Source of the DNA: Amoebidium appalachense
Taxonomy: Eukaryota > Protista > Ichthyosporea
Length of the DNA stretch: 64,000 nt
Assembly (NCBI GenBank): GCA_963693365.1
Contig: CAVNZM010000018.1
Span: forward strand, 615,861 to 679,860
Reading direction: 5' to 3'
Numbering within the stretch: position 1 is the first letter of the stretch; each line of letters begins with the position of its first letter. Shown in pieces: positions 51,717-64,000 of this stretch. The notes below the pieces were generated by a model. It had not been told where the DNA came from. It was given only the letters and a program-made list of their open reading frames with translations, and did no database searches. Made by a program: the position numbers and the translations under genes.

Positions 51717-53626
51717 CGTGCCCTGAAAAATGGAGGAAGAAAGGGAACCGTGAGGAATGTTTCAATTTGGTAAACCATGTTTATTACCATCTACAGGCAA
51801 GTAACACCGTTCCGGCCAAAAAACAAGGGGAAAAGAGGGGGTACGGGGTGCGGAGATGGGGGGAAGAGGCATGAGGGCCGCATAGTGTGTGTGTGTGTGT
51901 ATGTGTGTGTGTGTGTTGCGCGCAACACACGTGTGTGTGTGCATGCAGTTGTGTGTGTGCGCCCCCATACCCGGGCCCTATGTGTGCTTCCAGCCACTCA
52001 CACAGAGGCCAAGCAGCCACAACTCTATTGCGACGTTGACAGAAAGCCTCCTCCCTCACCCCTCCCCCAGAAATCCATACCCACCCCCCTCCTTACCCCC
52101 TCACCTCCCTCCCCTCGTCCCCCCCCCCCCCCCCGCCGCCGGGTCCCCGGGCCCCTTCCCCCCCTTCGCCCCCAAGTAATGCACCCACCCACCCATCCAC
52201 CTTAACCGTGTCTCTTCAACAGCACAAACCACCCATGCACAGCCATGAACTGAAAACACACTTGTGCACCAAGTGGCACCCACTTGCTGTATGCAATTAA
52301 TCACCATGAAAGCACACTCACAAACGCCCACTAGCTTCTTTCTGTGTCCGCATCAACACACACGCACAAGCAACAAAGTAAACACACCATCACAGGAGCA
52401 CAAGTGTCCCGTGTGCGAACACGTACAAGAAAAAACATCACGCCAAGCCCCAAGCACACGCCTAGATGTCATTCAAGTAAAGCAAACAGACAGGGGCTGC
52501 GTGGCTTACACATCAACGTACATAGACAAAACAAAACCTACTTAAACTTCTCAAACGTAATTTTGGTTTAGCTGACTAGCTTACTAAAGAGTAGTCTGGA
52601 AGTTGAAGGCTTGCAAGTGCCCAAGGAAAATGCCCAGCAAGTCTTCAAGACTTTCTAATAGGGCTTCGTATTTTTTATAAACAAAAATTGAGCCTGTTCT
52701 CCGCGAAATGAAATTGTTGCGAAATGAGGGTTCTAAGGGGCATATTTAGAATTTGACTCGCCGCCCCCAGCATTTTGCAGCAAACAATTTTAAATTTAAA
52801 ACCGTAATTATCGGGATTTGAAACCTTGGTTGCTAGGGGCGGCCGTACATATGACCGGCGGAGCGATACGTCACAGGGTGTGACAGTCGTGAAAATGGGA
52901 CAAACAGGGAGCACATGAGAGAGACAGACATTGTGAGAGATCAATAGAGACCGACGTCAGGTGGTAGGACTACTGAGGGATAAAAGATTACTTTTTCATG
53001 TTACAGTGCGCGCGAAGCAATCTGGCGAAACTGGCACGGTTTTGAGTGTGAGAAATAGACAGGAGGTAGGACTACCAGGGCTTTTTGCTGAGACTCACGT
53101 GAGGCTCAGGTTACAGTGAGCGGAAGTGTTCTGGTGAAACTGGCACGGCTTCTTGCACCATCGGCCCAAAGGCAGTGAACATGATACATTTTTAGACCTC
53201 TCTGTGCTCTTTGCCTGTTTCAGTATTACACATAACATATAGAAGTCCTTTTGTGCGCTCTTTTTTCCCCACCTTCCACTCCGTACACACGGATTACATT
53301 CCACACGCCAGCACTCACATTCAGTCCCCCCCCTCCCCCCCCTCCCGAACAATTATAATAATATATTGAAGCCACATCATCCCACATGCCACGTGAACAG
53401 ACATAATATTTAGGGGAGTTGGTGGTGACCCAAAAATTGGTAGGGACCGGAGGGTGACCCCAACTTTGAACCAGTCTGATTTATTCCGAGAAGACTCAGG
53501 ATGTTTGAAAGTCCCGGACACCCGTGACCTCGCTCAACACAATTATGAAAAGTTTCTATCAGGCCCTATATTATATAATCAGGAAGACTGCAGTACTAGT
53601 TTTCCGTACCCTCCCCCCCCTCCCCC

Positions 53627-53657
<31 letters not shown>

Positions 53658-55831
53658 AAAACCAAAAAAAAAAAAACCAAAAAACAAAAAAAAACTCAGT
53701 AGTACAAACGTATATTATAAATGCACCAGCGCCAACAAGACCGTGACCACACCAAGGGGAGTGGGAGATCATAAACTCATGTGTCTGGCAATCAATGGCC
53801 TTGCACAGCGAATTGAAGGGAGTCAATTACCCCAACCACTGGCCCGTCCCATTAAATGGGTTAGAACAAGTTATTGCCTGAGAAGCAGTCTACAGTCTAA
53901 GAGTGTGGGGGAGGGGACCCACGGAGGGGCGGGGAGGGGGGGGGGGGGGGGGGGGGGGGGAGGGGAGAGGGAAGGGGGCGCAAGGGTGTGGTTAGATGCT
54001 GAGGCCAGGGCTTTAAAAAATGGACTGCCGTTTGAACCGTCGAGCAATTGAAAAAGAGCATCACCCTCCCCCCCCGCCACCAAAGAGTAAGCTGCCTTCG
54101 AGTCGGACAATCATCGGTGTGTATGGTACAGCTTCATCTCGGATATTAGTTTCCACATCCCCCCCCCCCCCCCCCCCCCCCCCCCCGGGCCCCCCTTTCC
54201 CGGCGCCCCACCATAGCCACCGCCATCACCATCATCACCCCACACACAGTATCTTCCGGCCACCACTAGTACCCACCCACCCACCCCGGTGACCCACAAT
54301 GTCAAGCACATGCATACACCACCCGTGCCACTGTGACCACCACTGCATACCCACCACAACACCCATCATGCACACAAACAAATCATTCTTCACGAAGCCT
54401 AAGGCTTCACGACCATGATAAACATCTATCAACCCGGACCCCAAGCCTTGTTGCACTGCTGGCACAGCTCAAGCAACCGCAATGATCCACAACAAAAGAA
54501 TACTATCAATGCCATTCAATGAAACTGAGCGAGAGAAGCTGTAACGTGTGCTGCACCCAGCCACACGCAAAGACCCCTCCGCCCCCAAGCGGTCTCCCAA
54601 GGTGACCTTGAACACGGTCTCTATAACCCCTTGCCCGGCAGCGAACTGCTAGCCGGGCACTCGGATCCGATTATTATTCGAGTAATAAGGTTTGGCGCAT
54701 GGTGATCCTCACTGACAGGCATCTTGCACACACACGGCCAACCCAACCGGAAGTTAAACTTCGTGTGCCACTGGGCCTGTTACTCAGCGGACTCTCTCTA
54801 TGTCAGCTCCATGACTCGTTGCACCCTCACACGCAGTCACGTGAGCCACTATCTCATTCCCTCAATTGCAAACTGCGTGGCAGCGACTCACACAGACACA
54901 CATACGTGACACTGTCACAGTCACACACACACACACCGGTATGCCGTTCCGCGAATAATTTTTGTCCAAAAAAACCGACATACACCGGCTTCCGCCACAC
55001 AAAACTGTTACACACACACACATACACACACGTACTGCCACACACGCACACACACACGCACACGTGTGCACACACAGACACTTGCACACACACCGTCAAC
55101 TACACCGTCACCGTGTCACACACGCACAAAGACAGCGTCTCTCACACACACCTGGTGCACACGCACACACACGCACGGAACAATGTCCGCACACACACAC
55201 GTGGCACCCACGCACACACAGCACCGCACACACCGCTCACACACGCACACTAATTAACCTATTTTTAGACGATCGCGCTATTTCTAGCGCAGTTGCATAG
55301 TAACCAGGCCTCAAAAAGGTGAAAAACGTGAAATTCAGGTCATTTCGACATATATAACATGTAGGGTCTCCGACGCCATCTCTTGGGCGCATTTGGTCAT
55401 CGAAGTTGGCGACCTTCTAAGAAAACACGTGGTTTTCCCGCTAATTTTTAATTTAAACTAAAATATCTTTCGTTGTGTGTTTCTGGAGCGGCTAAGACCA
55501 CTATGTGCTGCTAGCTAGAGATATAGGCTAACGCATGCAAAAAACCCGACCACCTAATCTTAATTCTGAGGCAACCTACCTAAGGTCCAACTTAGGGCAC
55601 TTTTATCGAGAAAACCTTAGCCACACTGTCCCTGTTACCACCCGTTCTACTTCTAAGACAATGTTTACGACTTTTCTTCAAAAGGTTTTAAACGTGGTTC
55701 TTCTTTACACTTGTTGCTACTAGTTCCAGTCCCTTCTATTATAGAAAGACAAAATAAAGGAAGCTTATACCCCACGAAAGGTATGCTCGAGATCACAAAC
55801 CCAAAGCAGTCTGCAAAGCCTGCAACTTTAC

Positions 55832-55880
<49 letters not shown>

Positions 55881-55898
55881 ACCTCCTCTCTCTCACAC

Positions 55899-56497
55899 CT
55901 ACTGCTCCTGCTCTTTGGTTCTGCGGTGGCGTACAGGCACCCCCTTTTCCAGGTGCAGCTCGTAGCAGTTGCGATCTGAATATTTGTAGCACAATGCCAC
56001 ACCGCACCTGCTGCACATCCAGCTCACCCTGCTGCGCTTGTATCCCTTTTGATCCGTGCGCGCGCACATAACACAGTCGAGCCGCTTGCCGGAACCGATA
56101 AGCACCGGGTGACAGAGGTTGCTTCGTTTGGCGGTTGTGGTGTTTGTTGACAGCGATTTTAGTGTGCGCGCGCTTTGTTTGCCGGCTTGCAGAAGTGGGT
56201 TGTTGAGAAGTTCACCTGCAAGTTTTTCGCGCCACTGCTCGTTTGAAAGTGCATTCTTGTCCCCGTCTGCAATGAAATGATTGTAGGCCAGGTAGGTGTT
56301 TACAAACACCATACCAACTAACCCAGCAAAGGTGGGTTGTTCTTTAATACTTGCACAGTTGTGCCTGTGAGCTGTTTCGTTTCCCATTCTTCACCAAACT
56401 GCTCTTTACTCCAACGTTCATCATCGTTCCTGAATTTACTATCAAAGATGCGTGCAAAAACCCAAACTCTCTGGTCTTTCCTTAAACGCCTAACCAT
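55899..56497 (-). mobile_element. Internally deleted piggyBac-type transposase gene (non-autonomous relic)
   Basis: C-terminal part FAGLVGMVFVNTYLAY...WREKLAGELL...CVMC...WMCSRCGVALC...CYELH matches the piggyBac Cys-rich domain. A 59-aa ATG ORF (56497-56318) overlaps it out of frame. No DDD core is present. Element ends not resolved. Confidence 0.8.
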
Positions 56498-56970
56498 TTA
56501 AATTTTTTTTCACCTATTTCTACCCTAATTCTACCTTGCTCTTTTTGTTTTCTAGCGCGCAAACTATCATGCGGTGTCTTTTAGTTCAGAAACCAAACGG
56601 TGTCCGTGATCGGACAGTCGGACACCCCAAAACTGGGGGAAAACGGTTGCACGGTGACGGTCACCCATGATCTTTTGCGCGCTAAAAGCTACTCACCCTG
56701 CAGTCCTATTGGTTTCCTATAAAGACAAAAAAGGCAGGAAAATACTAGGCCTCATTGGCCATACCCAGCTTGTGGGGTGTTTCCTAGCGAAAACAACGCC
56801 AGCGACGCCGCCGAAAAAGATAGGACACTTTTGTCCTTTTTAGCCATTAATTAGGACCGATTTGTCCGGTTATGCGGATTATCAATTGAGTGTTTTTTTG
56901 GTCTCCCTCCGGCGAATCAGCGTATGAATGAGTTAGGCCTTCGCTTTTGTTTTCATTTAAATTAAGTTAG

Positions 56971-57850
56971 GCTTCCTTCTTCATCATCCTTAAAGCTTTG
57001 TTGCAATTCTTTCCTTCTTTAGACCCTGTTCCCATTTCTAATGTTCGTGCGAAATGTCCTGTACCCAATCTATCTCCCATTCGGAGATATCCTTTTAAAT
57101 ATTTGTCTCCCTTATTTTTCTCTTCCCCTATTTATCAGCAGTATGTTACTTGGTTTCATACTCAATATCCTTTGCTTCATCGTTGTGATAAAGAGTATCA
57201 TGGTAGGACTCTTGAGCCTGTGCTTCTTTTTATATTAGAGAGTCGTCTATTTTCTCTACAATCGTTATGTAAATTAGCTACTTATATTCATCCTTCCTCT
57301 CATAACCCTACCACACTTGCCGATTTTGCCATTCTAACCCCTTCGTGTGATATTGCTTTGAAATGTTTGGCGTTGTAACCTTAGTTTCCATAAATGTTTT
57401 TGTCACTTTTGTCTGAGAATCTTTTTCTCGCAAACATCTAGATAAATGTACTTATTTATCTCAGATTCTTCCGTTAGAAATTCGCAGACTAGCTTATTTA
57501 GATAATCCTGATATTATCTATTGACTACCGTCTGTTTAACGAGTTTTCTAGGGTGTATGATTATTTTTTCTCTTGACTGGGATTTGAGCTCCGTATCCGT
57601 GAGTACATAGGGGTTTTTGTATTTTCTTCTCTGAGATATCTGTGATATCTCGGGCTTGCTTCTCTTTCATGAGCATATCAATAAAGTCATTATATATAAA
57701 AAACGAATGTTTAACGAGTTTTTTGATTATCTAAGTCGTTATCGTATCCGTATTCGAGAGTAAGGTTTTTTTGTATCTTATTCGGGAGTTATCTCTAATA
57801 TCTCGATTGCCTCTATTTTGACGAGAACATCAATAAAGTCATTATAAAAA
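56971..57850 (+). pseudogene. AT-rich decayed intronless coding-like region of unknown, possibly viral or TE-cargo, origin
   Basis: ORF 56998-57378 lacks an ATG and contains SLQSLCKLA. Further broken frames follow, plus two diverged copies of a small unit ending F.E.INKVII (57532-57693, 57708-57845). Confidence 0.35.
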
Positions 57851-58741
57851 GAAACACATACGACTCGCCCCACACGTATGAGTTTTGGGGGATCCGAGGA
57901 ATTTTTTACATCATTCCAGAGTTTTATCACCCGGAGGCGGGTAAATATATGGCATTCCTCCTCTTGCGCCAACTTCAGAGAGTTAGTCGTTATAAACAGA
58001 TAAGAACTACAAAGTCGCGGGGCACAGTAGCCTCGGAGGCGCAAAAATAAACTAGCTTCGGGAATTTGACTATCTGCACCCATGGAAATGGTTTGTGAAT
58101 TTTTGTAACAGGCAACATATAAGTATCATCAATCATCGGGATAACTTTATGCCACGGTACAGTTTGCATACCTGAGTGGATACGCGCGCCGTCGGCAGTA
58201 CGCATTTCCTTGCGAGATCATTACATGGGGCACCAACATGGGAGCATGCGTACCACAAATGAGGAAAACCCAATTTTTTTTTACACATGATGAACAACAG
58301 TATATAATGCATGCAGCGCTCCACGATGGCAGGCGGGCGAACCTTTAATTTTTTTGAAAGAAGCCAATCCCTCTAGACTCAAATATGTTGAGATATCTTT
58401 TGAACTTCTTTGTTACTCCCTTGATTTTGTTTTATCCAAAGCTCAAAGTCTGTACTCTGCGGAAACTGAGCTCGAGCCTCGAGTGGTTCATGGATTGCTG
58501 ACTGTCAGCGTCAGCGAACATCACTGTGAACTCTATGATAAGAGGGGGAAAAAAAATGTAAAAGCTTGTAAAGAAGAACAATTAATATCGAGTCCGAGCA
58601 GCAAAATAAAAAACAACACCACTAAATCTTAGAAGTTCGTTTGAACACAATTAAAACTCTAAATGACGAAATTAACGAATAACGTGTGATCGCGGGGGAT
58701 TCCGTAAATGCGGTAACTGTCACCCGAGTACTTCTTCCCTG

Positions 58742-59001
58742 TATAAAGTAAATTCTATAAATAAAACACACCAATAGTACTGACTCAGGTGCGCTATGAC
58801 CCTCACTCTAGAAGTTGCAGATCACGTGTATCGCCGCTAATTATATATATATATATAATTAGCGGCGATACACGTGATCTGCATATATATATATAATTAG
58901 CGGCGATACACGTACGCGTGATCTGCAACTTCTAGAGTGAGGGTCATAGCGCACCTGAGTCAGTACTATTGTTGTGTTTTATTTATAGAATTTACTTTAT
59001 A
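58742..59001. repeat. 260-bp near-perfect palindrome with (TA)n centre and internal duplication
   Basis: Outer arms 58742-58826 and 58917-59001 are reverse complements with 1 mismatch. The inner part is a perfect palindrome around (TA)n. Confidence 0.95.
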
Positions 59002-59541
59002 TATAAAACTAATTTCATTTTTTTGACTCGGTTTTATTGATCCATTGATGAAGGCAACGTGAGCTTCATTCAAATAACTTCAAGTAACCGCTGGCACCTG
59101 TAACAGTTATTGTTGGGGGGTTTTATGCTCTTTTCTTTGTAGATGGCGGCCAGCTGTCTGAATTCCTGCGTTTCCAGCGCATTATAACTAGCTATAGGCT
59201 AGATCATAAGCGGGATAAGAAAAAAAAAGCACCGTTTACGTAGCTTAAGAACAGACTGAGTAGTATTTAAGAAAAATAAACCCAGTGTGAGCAATAAATG
59301 CCAACCAACATTTTTTTGAGCACACACCGAGTTTTGGGGGACCAGGCGGTATGGGGCTCCCGCGTGTGAGGGTTACCCGCAACTCGGACAGTCTGGGAGT
59401 CATCCGACTCAGTCACCTCAAGTCTTCTCTTCGCTCTTCACGTAGAAGTCTTAGACAACGGCACTGCTTATAGCACCACACCCTTGCTTTGTAAATGTCG
59501 GCAGTACTAATAACTGAAGGCTTGAGAGTTTAACCGTGAGA

Positions 59542-61034
59542 ATGGGTTCACCTCGGTTGGCGCCCGCCCCACGAGTGTGGCCTCTCTTCCTGTTGCTGGG
59601 CTTCGGCGCCTTGGACTTGGCACAGGCACAAAATGCAACCGTTGCAGGTAGGAGTGGTTTTGTGGCCGCTGATATTCGCGGCCTTCATCATGATTTCCAT
59701 GTATTGTCACGATTTTGGAGCCGAAGTGTTTCACATGAAGTTTAGGTGCTGGCACACTTATATTAGATTCTATGTTCTCAGACAAAATTCCACATTGGGT
59801 AACGGGGCCGTGTGGCACTGCAGCGTTTGCAAGACTTCAATTAACCCCTTCCGTAGAATCAATCTGCTTACCACAGAATTTTTAGGATAACGATTCTGAT
59901 GTCACCGAGCTCTCAGTGATCGATCATACAGATTCATTCCGTTTCTGCAGATGCACATCCGGGATCGCCTTTGCCAAATGATTCGTAGTTTAAGTTTGCA
60001 AGGGGAGGGAAAAACGTTTGTTCAAAGCAGGAATAATTCTGCTTTCGCCACAGCAGACTGAGAATAATTCTGCTATGACTCCCTTTCACATGCAGGATCT
60101 TTTTCGGAATTCCGCGTAAATCTGGCAGGGTAGCTCAGCTCGCAGTTTGAGTTTGCTTTGCTGACGGTGCAGGAATGCTATAGGCCATTTTGCTTTGTCT
60201 TTCTACTAGTGAGACTTCAAGTCGTGCACACGGCGTTCATCTGAAATCTTGGGGCAGCACAAGTCTTAGCATCTTGGGATCCGGCAACGACATGCCTTAT
60301 GACATGCCACTAGATTGAAGATAACAGCTACAAGAAGACTTAAATTTTAGTACTCAGCAAATGATTCAAGCGAATCAGATGCCATGGCACGTACATGTAC
60401 TAGTGGTACTTTGAACCACTAAGAAATAATGATTATATTAGTTTTTGGTATTACTCTCAGCTTCACGGGTACATATCCGATGCGGGACCGAGGTTCACTT
60501 CAACCGACTGTTTAGAACCGCAATCCACTCCAATTTTTTCGTCGCAAAAGGCCAGAAGCAGAAAGGACCGTATTGAATTTATCACAGCGCCAGCTATTTT
60601 GATAATCTACAGTATACACATTCGCATTGGCAGTCTTGTCCATCATGGGAAACTGTGTGTCTAGCTCACATGTGGTATGCAGGGCCGGTTGGGACCTACA
60701 TGGGGTGCTTCGTCGATGCTGGACCTCCAAACCGAGATTTAAACTTCACCGCCGTGGTAGCAGAGCCTAAACTGACGCAACAGATGTGCTCCGCCCGCTG
60801 CGCAAACTACACCTACTTCGCCCTTGAGGTGGGTTGCGGGCATGTCCACTCTGTGAGAATATGGCAACGAGCACATGTTTGATGCACCGTCGTCATATGA
60901 AGAAGAGCAACCCCGTCAGATTCTACCAAAGTGGCAGCCTTGGCGCATTTTGGGCGGGCAGAGGTTAAATAACCATCATAAGATGTTATCAACCGCAAAG
61001 TCGATGTTCTTTTGTCGGGCCGATGAAGGGCCCC

Positions 61035-61070
<36 letters not shown>

Positions 61071-62404
61071 GGGGGAGGGATGAGGGGGGTGGTTCGTGAA
61101 ATTTACCGCCAGCTGCAAAAACGAACTCGGACGAACCTGCGATATATTTATGTGAGATATTATACTAGTAATATAAGGTCTTTTGACTTCGTTCAAACTA
61201 AACACTGACATTACATTTTGAAAACGATGATGGTTGCCAATTCGCACGTTTTTTTTTAGGCGGTAGATGCTCCTCAATTTAATTCAACCAATTATTTTAC
61301 ACACTTTTGTTACTTTAAACTGTAAATGCTGCGTCCGGGACTATTATTTCTAGAAAACACAACTGCGAAAATCATCATCATTGTTCACGAAATATATGTA
61401 AAACAAATACTAGTAGCAAACCAATACAAAACAAAAAAGGATAAAATATGTTTTGGAACCGAAATATTGCTTTTCGGGGATCATAACCCAGCAACAACTG
61501 TACTGAGCTTGTGATCTTATTTCTAAATGTCATTATGCTTTTCATGCAGCCCCGAAATACTACGCTACTATCCCCTTGCTCATTGACATGCGGCAAGTTC
61601 CCGGAAACTGATGAAATACATGTCACTCTGCATTTGGCTTGTGTGTGCAAAATACCGGATATATGCATCAAATCTACTTAACCTCTTCGGGCCGGCACTA
61701 ATTGATTTGGCCGGCAGCCGGCCAGCTCTAAACAACTCTTAACAACTCTATTGCGGCTCAAAATCGATAGAAAAGGCTCAAATAAAGTTTAAATATCGAC
61801 ACGTATATGTCTTACCTACATAGGCTTCTAAGTTGGTTTGGGAAAATATCATAACTTCGTATACTTTCGTATCTGTTTCTGTGTTTCTGAAGTGGCTATC
61901 TAGGGAGATTTGCCGATATGAAAAGGTTAATTGATAATATGTTGGAAACTGTGCAGATGGGGAATGAGTGTTACTGTGGTGACAACTTCGGGCGACTTGG
62001 TGCTGCCGCTTGGACCGACTGTAATCTAGTTGCATCGGGTAATGCATCCCAGGTTGCCGGGGGCGGCTGGAGAATTTCCGTCTTTTCAAAAGGTATGTCG
62101 ATGTGTGTATAATTCTCTTCGTGGTATGTGAAATGAAGTGTACTGTGTGTGCCACGCCGCAGTAGTAGGGTGTTACATCAGAAAATGTGTTGCCCGTGTA
62201 CCAATTAATATCATCAGGGTCTACCTTTTTTTTTAGTTTTATAATCTGACTTTCACGATAGGTAATTTTTCTAGATGTACACTCCCTGCATGGCATTGCA
62301 AGACTCTGTTAAAGACTCCTGCCTTTGTGTATGCATGTACCGGGCGCTTGCGTGTTTGTGCTTAATAATTAAGGGGGGGCTTCTATAAGTTACGGCACTG
62401 TGGT

Positions 62405-62485
<81 letters not shown>

Positions 62486-63118
62486 TGTGTGTGTGATTGG
62501 GTGTGTGTGGGTGTGTGTGGGTGTGTGTGTGTGTGTGTGTGGGTGTCCGTGTGCAACTCCTTAATGTCCCCAAAGCAGGGGGGGCTCTGCCACTGGGTTC
62601 TCGTTAATACAAGCGTGGCCCGGGCTGAATATAAACTAAAAATTTTGAATTGAGATTCTAGCGCAAATTTTAAGGCCTAATTAAAGATTAATTAGGCCTA
62701 TCCCTCAACAATCAGTGCACGTGCACGTGGCACGGCCCGGGACTTTCACGTCCTAACCATGTTACGTGTTTTTGTTAGATTCAGCCATCCCGGTTCCGAC
62801 ATAATTATTTTTTATAATGACTATTCTATCGAGACAAACACCAAAACATGAGAAGCTGAGCTGAGATAATCACAGATATCTGACATTATTTCTTAACACC
62901 CAACAGTGAACCTAGTCTCTACACGCCCACTTAACAACAATGTGGCAAGAGGAAAACTCGCATCACAGAGCTCCACGGGATATTCCGGTGTGTCGTCCCG
63001 TGCTGTGGACGGGAACACAAACGGTGACTGGGTGCAGAATTCGTGCACACATACCGCGGACACAGACGCCACACCATGGTGGCAGGTCGATTTGGGCTCG
63101 AAGATGCCTATATGGACG
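59542..63118 (+). CDS. Secreted/surface protein with a WSC domain followed by an F-type lectin (FTP, F5/8-like) domain; 3' incomplete. Exons 59542-59647, 60683-60828, 61957-62092, 62907-63118
   Basis: Signal peptide. WSC: YMGCFVD...MCSARCANYTYFALE|MGNECYCG...GGGWRISVF. FTP: NVARGKLASQSST...RAVDGN...SCTHT...PWWQVDLG. All junctions phase-compatible. Confidence 0.9.
61678..61930. mobile_element. Possible piggyBac-type MITE in intron 2 of the WSC gene
   Basis: TTAA at both ends. Termini CCTCTTCGGGCCGGCA versus reverse complement CCTTTTCATATCGGCA (11/16 match). Confidence 0.4.
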
Positions 63119-63185
63119 GTAATACCATGTGAACTATGAGCTCGAGACAAAATAGTCCCAGACTCTCGTACTCTATCTCTCTCTG

Positions 63186-63650
<465 letters not shown>

Positions 63651-64000
63651 TTTCCCCATCTCCTTCTCTCTCTTTTTCTGTCTCCCTGCCCCCCCCCCCC
63701 CCCCCCCCCCCCCCAACCATCATCCTTTCTCTCCCTGTCCCTCTCCGAGGCTCTGCCTGTTTGCCTGCCTGTCTGTGTGTTTCACTGTCTGTCTGACTGT
63801 CTGCCTAATTCCCCCCCCCCCCCCCCCCCTCTCTCCCCCTCCCCCTCACATTCTCTCTGAGCCACACACACACACTCTCTCTCTCTTCCCTCCCCATCTG
63901 TCCTTCCCCTCTCCCTCTGCTTTCTCTCTCTCCACCCCCCTCTGCCTTCCTCCCCCCACCACTGCCCACCTGTCTTTCGCGTACATACACACACACTCTC

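Noticed and set aside
54360-54840. Possible decayed LINE endonuclease fragment (RLLELCQQC, minus strand)
   Set aside because: A single short motif amid stop codons is insufficient.
55254-56937. Candidate piggyBac termini (ttaacctatt... / ...gaatgagttag)
   Set aside because: The inverted-repeat match is weak and the right end lacks an intact TTAA.

Overview
Eukaryotic genomic DNA with spliceosomal GT-AG introns. Introns and many intergenic stretches are packed with poly-G/poly-C tracts and (CA)n/(GT)n microsatellites, so most ORFs in the supplied track are low-complexity artefacts. The organism cannot be determined from the sequence; the gene mix would fit a non-animal eukaryote such as a unicellular holozoan (inference). 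Manual splice reconstruction supports eight genes: a secreted Cys-rich protein (566-1276, -), an ankyrin-repeat/SOCS-box protein (5139-10328, +), an LHT-like amino acid permease (14585-17076, +), a bacterial-type M12B/reprolysin metalloprotease (19858-22049, -), a 13-exon mitochondrial-type PPR protein (26610-41081, -), EAPP (44313-48390, +), OST4 (50297-51716, -) and a secreted WSC + F-type lectin protein running off the end (59542-63118, +). Mobile and repeat DNA includes an internally deleted piggyBac, MITE-like elements, a 30-bp TIR-only insertion with an 8-bp TSD, and a 260-bp palindrome beside an AT-rich decayed gene region. The most unusual signals are: (i) an intronic repeat family in the PPR gene, amplified as a 452-bp tandem array, whose sense strand carries a box C/D snoRNA-like motif; (ii) a copy of PPR intron sequence re-inserted 3 kb away with a 20-bp TSD and a (CA)n tail; (iii) many 3' splice sites preceded by (CA)n rather than a U-rich tract. 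All coordinates were read by eye; no searches were run.
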